DNA from: Fimicolochytrium jonesii
Taxonomy: Eukaryota
Direction: 5' to 3'
Assembly (NCBI RefSeq): GCF_025526975.1
Contig: NW_026515668.1
Location: 558,001 to 622,000, forward strand
Length of the DNA stretch: 64,000 nucleotides
Of this stretch, positions 1 through 10,330 are shown piece by piece. The stretch's first letter is position 1. Each line of letters opens with the position of its first letter. Below the pieces are notes generated by a model. That model searched no databases. It was not told the DNA's origin and saw only the letters and a program-made list of their open reading frames with translations. The position numbers were made by a program, and so were the translations under genes.

Positions 1-2
1 GG

Positions 3-591
3 GAGCAGGAGGCAACTGTGAATGAAGAGAAGCGTTTAGCGGCTACGGTGGCCTTGATTAACTACGAGACCGAGGTGGTGCCGCGTGGAAGTTACTACCG
101 TGACAACCTGCACAAACTACGAAAGAACCCCGCTTTCGATGGTAACTTTAGCTGCTTTCGCAGATGCCGACATCGCACATCCGTTTATTGAACCTCATTG
201 TAATCGATCAGGCATTCCAAGATCTGAGCTCGGGCAGCTTACCAACTACCTTCACTTTCGGGAGGGGTTCAACATCAACAGAAAGACACTACTCGAGCGA
301 GCGGGCGCTTTTGACGAGAGCATTGATATCTTCGAGAGTATTTCCGGGGACAGTCCGAAAGGTGCGTGCCATCGCCACGCAAATGGCAAGCGCGCTTTGT
401 ACTGACGAAAGTCAATGGTGATCTCTCCAGGTGTCTGGTCATGCCAAACCGAGCGAATGGGGTCCGTTGTTATCCTGCGGAATCTGCTGTGGCCGGGCTA
501 TACATTCTTTCATAGCTCCAGTCCGTCTCGCTGGGGATCAATGTACTTTGGAACGGGGCAAAAGAACTTGAACGTTGGGTTCATGTTGTAA
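3..591 (+). CDS. RSPH9: Radial spoke head protein 9 (3' part; 5' end outside window; two introns ~142-211 and ~362-430)
   Basis: Spliced translation reads EEKRLAATVALINYETEVVPRGSYY...NPAFDG|IPRSELGQLTNYLHFRE...KTLLERA...SPKG|VWSCQTERMGSVVILRNLLWPGYTFFH...YFGTGQKNLNVGFML*. This matches the conserved RSPH9 C-terminus (IIPRG, YFHFRE, LRSLLWPG, YVGTGEKNMDLPFML). Confidence 0.9.
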
Positions 592-747
592 AGCGCAATA
601 GATCATTCACATTCATTCAGTCACAATACATGGATTCAACGTGATTGTATCGGCACCTTTCTATTTGCTACATACTTGCTCTCAACTAGCGACTACAACT
701 CCAAAAGCAAAGTCCTTCAATGGTCTTCCAGATTCCATACGTACGAC

Positions 748-3700
748 CTATTCATCATGAACGTATCCTTCCAAAACCCCTTTTACCACACGGTCAAGAA
801 TCTCGCATACAAGGTGCTGGTTGAGTTCCCGATGTTGCAGCATATTGAACAAGCGTGTCATCCCGGTGACAGCATTGTACTTGCCGACAACCCGGGACAC
901 ATTATCCAGACCCACCGTCGAGTGTATGAATAGATTCTTCGCCTCCCTTTTGATGTCTGCAGCGGTGGGTACTGGGGTATGCGCGGTAGTTGAAGTAGCG
1001 GACGATGTCGCACTCGTGGCAACCTTGTTCGCCTCTCCCGCCGTGGGTGAGCTCGTAGTTGCCTTGCTCGCCGGAGTTGCCGAGTCCGCTTTGTCGGCAT
1101 CTACGCCGTTCGGCCGAGGTGAGGAATACCAGATCCCTTCGGGCCAGAACATGGTGTCCACCTGCGTGATGTACGCCGCAATGGTTTCCTCAGAGGTTGC
1201 AGCTGCAAGTTTCTGCTGCAAGGCAGCGGAAATGGTTGCCCCATATGTTCGTCGCAGGATCGTTTTGGCGAGATGCAAGCCCTTCTGCCGCATCCACTGC
1301 GCCGGGTCCGACAGTGCAAATACTTCTTCGACTGTTCCGAAGATGCATTCCAGTATGGTCTCAACCTCTCCCGGGGTCAGGATGGGTTTCGCCGCGGTAT
1401 TAGACGCTTTAGGGTTCAGCGGCCGGCCAGGACTAATATTGGGCGTGCCTGAGTTGGTGGGCGGTCGAACAGGCGAAGAGGATCTGTTTGTCGGCATGGA
1501 CAAGACGGTAGAGGTGGCCGTTGTCTCCGAGTACTGGGTCGCTGTGCCATCGAGCGACGTGCGACCTTCTTCTCGCGATGGTCCTAGCTTTTCTTGCGTT
1601 TCGCCCACTATCTCCGAGAGAGGAGCTAAAGTCGCCAAATCTTTGAGGGACGAAGCCCGCTCCGGGATGCGTGCATGTTTGTCTTGAGGAGTCGCCAGCT
1701 GGTCGAGGGATGTAATGGAATTCCGTGCTCTAGGTAAAGTGCTGACAGCGCTATCAGCGGCCTTCATGACCCCTTGTGCGACACCAGTAACCGCGGCGTT
1801 AACCTCGCCGGCCACAAATGTCGCCGCACGCAAGGGGGTAGCCACCGCCACCTTTCGTAAAAGACTGCCAGCTGACTTGAAAGTCCCGAATACTTTCGAT
1901 GCCGCCTGCGCCCTGGCGGTGCTTTCCTCTCGCTGCACATTCTCAGGCTTCAGGAATTCTTGCAGCGTCCCCGACTCGCAGATAGCAGCGTCCGGAATCA
2001 CCATTCCCGCCCAACGCTCCAAGTCTCGGGCGACTTCATCCCGATTCTGCTGACTTCTAATTCGATTGCGCTTCGGAAAGGCAGCCTTTCGGATTTTCGG
2101 AAAGAGGGGGAGGAGTTCATCGTTCAGAGACACGAAGTCTGAATATGACTTAGTTACCATCCACCCTCCACCGTTCAATCGCTCGATCTGAACGATGAAT
2201 TGGATGCTTTTGGGATCCATTCCTCCTCCAAAGGGAAATATATTCTTTTCACCCGTATCCAGTTCCGGATTCGTGTTATCGAAAATGTTAATTTTGATAT
2301 CGCGGAGATCAACGGCTAGCAGAGTCTGCTGTTCCGCTTGGGTCACGAGATCCGCCAGTTCTTCCACTTGCGTCTGCAGTTGCAGTTTCGTACTTGCAAG
2401 ATCAGCTAGTTGGTCCGGGTCAGTGGACCTTCGCATAAGAGCATCGACGTGCGACACTTGTTCGCGGAGATTATCGATAACGCTTTCAACAACGCTGATA
2501 TCCCCAGTGTTTTCGTTTTCGAGCTTTTCCAGAGCCATAGCGGCAGCATGGATTGACTTTGCTACTGTGTCCTCTGCGTCGGACTCGACGGGCTTACCTC
2601 CGGCCAGGCCTTCAGCGTCGCCTACGGCTTCAAGCACGCTCAGGGTTGGCACTCTGTCATTGAACGTTTCCAGTCCATTCACCTTGCTCCCCACACTGGA
2701 GGAGGTACTAGTTTCCGAAGCCTCCGATGCCCGCGATCGAGAGCTCGCCGAATGGTCCATTTCGATTCCATCGTTTGCGGTGTACGGCTTAGTAGCAGCG
2801 TCCGTTCCCCGGGCAGGGGAGGAGGCTGCCACAGACCCCGGATTTGATGCCTTCCCCGGCTGCGCATCCAACTGCTCAGGAACCTGTTTTGGCTCAATGT
2901 CGAGTTGCGCAAGGTATCCCTTGAATTGTTCACTCTCTTTGAAACCTTCTAGGTATCTGTTCCTGATAATATGCAAGATTTGCGTTTGCACAGGCTTCAG
3001 AACATCCGCGTCCGGCTTCTCCGCAACTGCTCGCGTAACTTTTGCAACCATCTCCGGAGCTTGCAGATCGACGTAGTCCGGAGATTTCTTGTCCAAGAAC
3101 CGTTCCAGAACGGATTGAGCATCCGCTCTGAGACTTTCGCAAACCGAGGCCTCAGAGTGGGCCGGCTGACCAGTCAGCTCCAACTGCGCGAAGCGGTTGT
3201 AGGAGTCAATCATAATAAACAGCTGGACATATTTGAATGCCTTGATGGTGTTCATGTATTCCATGAATTCCACCAGTGCATGGTTTTTGATCAGGATATC
3301 GTCGGGGCTCAGGTCGCTCTTTGTGATTGGGGTGGATGCTCCGGTGAGACTGTCGATGTCCACCACCTCTGGGGCCGACAGTGTTACTTCCAACGCTAGC
3401 TCGGCGTTGGTAACGCCGGCGAACCGCGTTTCCGATGTGTCCACCTGTCGCCAGCCTTTCAATGGCTGGGTGGCCGAAAGAGCGTTGAACGGGATGTATA
3501 CGCTTCCAATTATATCATCTGCGACTTCCAGTCAGTCCTCTGCGATGTGCAATGCTTTGTGCCACGGCTTCTCAACCTACCCTTGATCATCCGACTTTCC
3601 ACAATGTCAATAACAATCCCGTCGACACCGCTAGTCTCTCCGCCTTTCCTATGACTGCTCTCCTCGTAAGCCACCACCGTGAGTAATGCAACTAACACAC

Positions 3701-4998
3701 GTTCCCACACTCACAATTGGAACTCCTCCATCCAGATTGGACTTGATTCCGCGCTGATTCGGCGAGTTTTCTGCACTTCTGTTCCACACAACACCGAGCA
3801 ATATAGCTCGTTCATCCCAGCTATCGGCAGTCGTCTTGCCTCAAGAACTGCTCACCCTTAGCCCCAATCGGTGACATTGAAGTAGCATGCGGTACGCACC
3901 TTTCACGCACACCTCGGTTCCCGCAGATTGGCTTGTCTTTACGTCGCTCGTGCGTTTTCGTTCCGCCTGCTTCCTCTCAGCCTTCTCCTGCGACTTCTTC
4001 AGGTAGTATACGATCTGCGCGTTGATCCAGTCCGGATTGCTACATAGATCCACGACGGGCAGAAGTACCGAAGTTGCGACTATTTCATGCGCGAATTCGA
4101 AAACGATCGGGGAACGGTCCGAGCGCCGCAGGAGCTTTACGCAAAGCAACATTGACAAGCCGCGTAAATGCTCTATCACCTTCCGTCTGGTAAAGTGGCG
4201 ATTGAAAGGAGACGATGTGTTCCTAGTCAGGTACTTTTCGATATCCAGGGAGCTCGCTTCGAATTCGCGGTATTCTCTCTATAGAAAAAGTAACGCATGT
4301 GAGCAATCTACCTCCGCTCAGAACTGCACCATTGTGTTGAGTTTTCACCATATGTAATACGGCACTACGGCACATTGGCACAATGAACTGCGACGTCAGG
4401 TTCACGTTGCCGAGAGCCGTTCCAAATTCAATACAAGCGTGATTCAGGCTTGTCTGAACGGCTTGGGGGAAGGCGGGACTTCCAGAGTGATTGATGAGGG
4501 AAAACCAGTTCTCAATGAAGTCCCGGGCAACATGTCCAATGAGTGTATGGAGCGCAGAGCTAACGGATGGGGGTAGATTCCGCTTTCCCTCGTCAAAGCT
4601 AGAACTCTTGTCCGCCACAGATCATTAATGAAGGCCGACTCAAAGCGCAACCAAGACGGGATCGATACCTTATGCTCGAAAGGATGGGGTATCTCTGGCT
4701 GACTCCGCGACGAGCGGCGTAGAAGGGAATGATGAAAGACCCCTCTGGAAGACTCTGCCCAAACCATGCCCAAGAATACGGGTACGCCAAAGCCCACTGC
4801 AATAACAAAAAGCCGAGGAGACAACACAAATGCCAGCGCCAGGAGCGACAAGTTGTCTCCAATAGCGGGCGGTAGAGCGTCCCGCAGCTGTTGTCCTTTC
4901 TCTTGAGCGAGTTGCAGCGTGGTTTTCCTCCCAGTGAGCGGTTCCTCAAGTGGCTGCAAGCTTTGGACCATGTCAGGATGTGCTAGTCCGCTGTCCAT
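748..4998 (-). CDS. Mdm1/SNX13/14/25-type sorting nexin: N-terminal TM, PXA, C2, RGS, PX and Nexin_C domains (multi-exon)
   Basis: Hydrophobic N-terminal segment (LLALAFVLSPRLFVIAVGFGVPVFLG). PXA: LIGHVARDFIENWF, EIVATSVLLPVVDLCSNPDWIN. RGS: FMEYMNTIKAFKYVQLFIMIDSY, YLEGFKESEQFKGY. PX: WMVTKSYSDFVSLNDEL...FPKR...LQEFL. Nexin_C: QWMRQKG, FWPEG, RLFNMLQHRELNQHLV. Stop at 748. Confidence 0.85.
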
Positions 4999-5014
4999 GG
5001 GAGAAATTAGAGTC

Positions 5015-5245
5015 GTGATTGCTTTTCCAACGGAAAAAGTGAGTTCCTGACGCCGATAGGGATTTCGTATGTGTTCCGATCGACTTTCCCTGTCCAAGGG
5101 TGGGAATCTTTCAAGAGGGTGACGGCTACTATGCCGCTCAACGCGTGACGCTTGTGATTGCTTTTCGCAACGGAAAAAGTGAGTTCCTGACGCCGATAGG
5201 GATTTCGTATGTGTTCCGATCGACTTTCCCTGTCCAAGGGTGGGA
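5015..5245. repeat. Direct repeat of ~91 bp (5015-5105 and 5154-5245) just upstream of the sorting nexin ATG
   Basis: gtgattgctttt..caacggaaaaagtgagttcctgacgccgatagggatttcgtatgtgttccgatcgactttccctgtccaagggtggga occurs twice, differing by a 1-nt indel. Confidence 0.95.
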
Positions 5246-5247
5246 TG

Positions 5248-5383
5248 ATAGAAAAAGTAACGCATGTGAGCAATCTATCTCCGCTCAGAACTGCACCATT
5301 GTGTTGAGTTTTCACCATGTGTAATACGGCACTACGGCATATTGGCACAATGAACTGCGACGTCAGGTTCACGTTGCCGAGAG
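5248..5383. repeat. 136-bp copy of 4281-4416 (intron plus exon piece of the sorting nexin gene)
   Basis: Base-by-base match at offset 967 with 3 substitutions seen. The copy includes intron sequence. Confidence 0.95.
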
Positions 5384-5915
5384 TCTATGCTATGGGTGGT
5401 GGCTGGGGAAAACAAGTCTCGCTTGCAGTAAGCACTACTAGTGCCACCTGAGGAAAGGCATTTGGTTGATATTCGTATTCCACCGAGTACAACAATCCTA
5501 CCGGGTTGGAATCCTACGCTCGAAGGACAAGATTCGAGCTGTCGATCGAAGCGAAATCGAACTCTACAGGAGAGGGCAGGAAGATATCGCCCGTATCGTA
5601 CGCCAAAACAGACAAAGCGCTTTACTGGGTCAGAGCGCCGTCAACCCTGACTATCGCCACTTAAACTTTTTCAAGGTGGTGCAGAACGTAATTTCCAGGC
5701 TACAAAAATGTCGGGGCTTTGAGGCCAACTATGCTTCGCTACCTATTCTAATGAATGTCAAACGTAGGAGGAGGATAACCGATGCACCTATGGGTCCCTC
5801 TCCAAGTGCTACTCGGTGGAATACGAATATCAACCAAATGCCTTTCCTCAGGTGGCACTAGTAGTGCTTACTGCAAGCGAGACTTGTTTTCCCCAGCCAC
5901 CACCCATAGCATAGA
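5384..5915. repeat. 106-bp inverted repeat (5384-5489 / 5810-5915) around a 320-bp spacer
   Basis: tctatgctatgggtggtggctgggg...attccaccgagta is the reverse complement of tactcggtggaatacg...cccatagcataga. Confidence 0.95.
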
Positions 5916-8900
5916 GTGTGGCTACCCGGCCCGAGGCGGTCACTGTTGTGGTCGCAGCTGTGTTGGTCATTGTAACAACGCGAGTGGTCGGCTGGGCAGT
6001 GGCTGTAGTGGTAACGGTCGCCGTCGAAAGTGTCTGCGTGATCGTAGCAAGCGATAGTGTTTCAGTCACCGTGGAAAGAGTCTGAGTGACCGTCGAGAGG
6101 GTCTCGGTCACCGTGGAAAGCGTGTGGGTGACTGTAGCTACGGCCAGTGTCTCAGTCACCGCGGCAGTAGACAGAGTCGACGTCTGAGTGACCGTAACTG
6201 GGGACGGTGTGAAAGTAGTTGTCTGAACTTCCGTGGACGTCACTGTAATCGTGCTGACCGGTACGGTCGAGGTGACCGTATCAGTTTCGTGGACAGTCGT
6301 CGTGGCGCTCGATGTCTCGGTTTTTGTGGTAGAATCCGTGATGGCCTCCGTCTCGGTATCTGTGACGGTATCCGTGGCGGTTGTCGTCGTGGTCGACTCG
6401 GATGTAACGGTAACCTGAGCCGCCGTAGTCGAAAACGTAGTCGTCTCGGTCTGAGTAACATCGTGAGTCGAAACACTCGTTTTCGTGGTCGTGATAGATT
6501 CGATGCTTGTCTCGGTAGTTGTCGCTGTTGCGGTCGTGGTTGATTCGGATGTGACTGTGATCGCCGCCGCTGTAGTGGAAAAAGTAGTTGTCTCGGTCTG
6601 AGTAACGTCGCGGGTTGAGACAGTAGTTTTCGTGGTCGTGTCAGATTCGGTGCTGGTCTCGGTTGACTTTTCGGTAGTGGTCATGGTCGCCGTCGTGGTC
6701 GATTCAGATGTGACAGTGATTGCCGCCGCTGTAGTGGAAAAAGTAGTTGTCTCTGTCTGAGTAACGTCGCGGGTTGAGACAGTAGTTTCCGTGGTCGTGT
6801 CAGATTCGGTGCGGGTCTCGGTTGACGTTTCGGTAGTTGTCGCGGTTGCCGTCGTGGTCGATTCGGATGTGACTGTGATCGCCGCCGCTGTAGTGGAAAA
6901 AGTGGTTGTCTCCGTCTGGGTGACGTCGCGGGTCTTGGTGTCCGTGGTGGTCTCAGTGGCAGTGGCTGTTGCGGTAGTTATCTCGGTTTCTGTGTTGGTA
7001 TCTGTAGTGGATGCGGTAGTCGTCTCGGTGTCCGTGGTGGTCTCAGTGGCTGTGGCGGTAGTGGTAGCAACACTGATCGACAAGCTGACGGTGGTTTGAG
7101 TGGCAGTGGTAGATTCAGTGACGGTAGCCGTTTCCGTCTCCGTGTCGGTAATCGTGGTGGATTTGGTGCTCGTGTCGGTAACGGTACTAGCGGGCGCCGT
7201 AGTTGTGGTAGTCGATTGGCTGACTTCTACGATTGTAATAGCTCCCGCGGTGGTGGTGCTCGTAACCGTGGTTGGCTCCACGCTGACGCTAATCGAAGTG
7301 ACGGTGGAGTAGCTCGTGTAGTAAACGTTATCCACTTCAGTTGATATCAGGGTCTCGGTGCTGGTCAAGTATTCAGTATCAATGTCAGTTTCAGTCGACA
7401 CCGAAAGAGTTGTTGTCACCGATGTCACCGTTGCAGTCGACGCTTCCTGCGTCGTGGTCGTTGTCGCGGTTTCAGTAGTAGTGGCGGTGGACGTTGCGGT
7501 ACTAGTAGCCGTGGCCGTGGAGACGCTCAGCGAAACCGAGGTCGAGATTGTCGTGGTCGTCGACGTGACTGTCGACGCCGGGGCCGTAGTGGTTGTAGTG
7601 GATGTCACCGAAACGAGGCTTGTAGTAGGGACCGTAACCGTCGATGCGGGAGCAGTTGTGGTGCTGGTAGCCGTGGAAGTGGAGACCGAAAGCGAAACCG
7701 AGGTTGAGACTGTTGTGGTCGTCGAAGTGACTGTCGAGGCAGGAGCGGTAGTGGTTGTTGTGGATGTGACTGAAACGAGGCTTGTCGTAGGGACCGTAAC
7801 CGTCGATGCAGGAGCGGTGGTGGTGCTGGTAGCCGTGGAAGTGGAGACCGAAAGCGAAACCGAGGTTGAGACTGTTGTGGTCGTCGAAGTGACTGTCGAG
7901 GCAGGAGCGGTAGTGGTTGTTGTGGATGTGACTGAAACGAGGCTTGTCGTAGGGACCGTAACCGTCGATGCAGGAGCGGTGGTGGTGCTGGTAGCCGTGG
8001 AAGTGGAGACCGAAAGCGAAACCGAGGTTGAGACTGTTGTGGTCGTCGAAGTGACTGTCGAGGCAGGAGCGGTAGTGGTTGTTGTGGATGTGACTGAAAC
8101 GAGGCTTGTCGTAGGGACCGTAACCGTCGATGCAGGAGCGGTGGTGGTCGTGGTACTAGTGGAGGCGGTGGTGGTGACCGAGATCACTGTGCGTGTGGAA
8201 GCCGAAGCAGTTGTCACCGAGATCACCGTGCTAGTTGATGCCGGTGCCGTTGTAGTAGTCGTCGTGGTGGAAGTCGTGGAAGTTGTCGTCACCGGGAAGA
8301 TATTCGGGGGGCAGGCCTGGATCATGTCTATCGTGGCATTGTAGAACAGCTTGGTCTTGGTAGCGGCATTCCCGGTCGAATCAAAAATGTCTGTAATCGG
8401 GAAGACACGCATCCAGTTGTTCCGCAAAAGCATCTTTGCTTGTAAGCTGTTTCCCAACGACGCCTGCTTGAGTGCCAAGTAGGTAGTGGAGGCTTCGAAG
8501 CCTGTGTAGTCAGTGTTCATGTAATTGAGATCGGGGTGACCGTACTGGTACACGGCGGTATTGGTGTTATATTGATCCGCCGAGGCGCTCGCTGAATTGG
8601 CAAACATGGCATTGTACCGGTTCCACGACGTTTGCGGGAGGGCCCAGCTAGCTTTGATCTGCATCGAAGGAACTAGCATGGAAAGCCTGACGTTGTTCGC
8701 ATACAACAGCTCGGTGGTGTTTGTGATTTCGTCAATAAACGCCTGGTCCATCGACAAAGCGGAAGCAGAGTTACGATAGTACTGGTAAGTCGGAGGATCA
8801 CCGTAGGTGGCTGAAGTTGTATTCCAGAACGTCTTGGGGCTGAAGTTAGGTTCCCAATTGGCTTGCTGGTTATCCCAAGAGCCGGTGTAGATGTCGGTGG

Positions 8901-9701
8901 AGTTTCCGTTGGTACCACAGTTTGCTGTGACGGCACTATAGGTTCCGGTGCGATTGGTATATGGAACGCTACAGAGACCACCAGTGCTTTGCACCATTCC
9001 CGGCTGCAGGTAGGACGACAAGGTCGGATAATCGGAGTCTTCGTCCGTAAACATGACAATGGTCTTTTGCGCGCCAACTGTTTCAAAAAGGGCGTCAGAA
9101 ATCTACCAATGCTGGTCGCAGGCGTCCACATCGCAACGCCAAAACGAGAACAACTCACCTCGCCAGCGCAAGTAGCAATTCGCAGAGGTAGTAACAGTGT
9201 TATAAGACAAACAATCGTTTGTGAAATCAGCACCCTCGTTGCTGTTCAAGGCAACACGGATCGCTTCCAATCCGGCTTCCTGTCCATTACGACTGCATCC
9301 AATAGCACCGATTGACGCCGCAGTCACTGTAGCGTCGGTACTGAAAGGTTGGACCAGAGAAGGCCGTCCTCCGAACGCAGCGACTGCGAAGCGAACATCC
9401 GTCATATTTTTCGAATTGAGCACACTGGTGAAGGACGATACTTGTGCAGATAGAGCGTTTGTGTAATCACACTAGTTATGCGGACACATTTCATTAACAA
9501 AATCCCAGAACACATCGACTCCAACAGCCTCGACTGATCGACGACAACGAGACTCACCATACTGCTCGATCCGTCAACCAGGAACAATACATCCAACGGT
9601 ACACCATTGCTCCCACCATAACAGGTCTGAGCGTTGACAACGGTTGCTGCAAGTCCAAGTCCCACAAAGGGCGCGGCCCATTTCATCCAAGTGTCTCTCA
9701 T
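5848..9701 (-). CDS. Secreted or surface vWA-domain protein with Thr-rich mucin-like stalk; no TM or tail (possibly 3'-truncated); introns ~9557-9472 and ~9158-9078
   Basis: Signal peptide MKWAAPFVGLGLAATVVNA. MIDAS motif DVLFLVDGSSSM, followed by VRFAVAAFGG, QEAGLEAIR and LRWR-VGAQKTIVMFTDEDSD. About 800 Thr/Ser-rich residues follow CPP. Paralog of 52825-57609. Confidence 0.8.
6400..6930 (-). repeat. Coding tandem repeat, ~147-159 bp, about 4 copies
   Basis: The unit RDVTQTETTTFSTTAAAITVTSESTTTAT... recurs; agtaacgtcgcgggttgagac is at 6601 and 6760. Confidence 0.85.
7500..8150 (-). repeat. Coding tandem repeat, 162 bp (54 aa), about 4 copies
   Basis: ggagaccgaaagcgaaaccgagg recurs at 7681, 7843 and 8005. 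Unit TTTAPASTVTVPTTSLVSVTSTTTTTAPASTVTSTTTTVSTSVSLSVSTSTATS. Confidence 0.9.
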
Positions 9702-10330
9702 CTATCCTATGCGATCTATGAAGATGAATATGTGTTCCGGGTAGGTATGCTCTACTCTACAAGGTATGACCTATGCAGGATGTACGTCCTCTGTAGCTCA
9801 CCGTTGGCGAGGTGGTATAAACTGGTATCTTTCGCCGAACGAGAAGCTAAGGAACGTACCGACGTGAGCCAGAACATGCGGCGTTCAGGCAAAGCTAGTA
9901 TATGAGCCTGCCGACTCAGCCTTCAGTTTGCTGCTCATAGATTTGCAATCCTAGCCCTGCCAAACTTAGCAACGTGCAGGCTCTATTTCAGGCTCGCAAG
10001 GTTAAGCGATTGGTTTACATCGCTTTTGTTGCAACGGACAAAGCGTAAACAAGGCCCATTTCCGATGCCTCTCAGCGGAATACGACAGCGCGAGCTGCTC
10101 ATGAATACGTGATTCAAGCTAACCCTAACTCGTACCCTAAACAGTCGCATTCATGCAGTCATTCTCCGGCCCATCTTTGATCTCTCTCGAATCTCCACGG
10201 CCGATCCCCAGACACCCTCCGCGACAGCTATCCTTTCGTGGTTTTTGAAGTCGCAATCGAGTGCTCTGCTTAGAAACTGTGCGTCTGTGTGCTTACAACC
10301 GCTGCGGGCTCCTTTGTTGATGCAAAGAAA

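Noticed and set aside
5007..5372. 121-aa minus-strand ORF resembling part of the sorting nexin
   Set aside because: A chimera produced by the duplicated segments; it reads through copied intron sequence and is not an independent gene.
6124..8344. Val-rich + strand ORFs (e.g. 7358-8344)
   Set aside because: Antisense shadows of the Thr-rich stalk.
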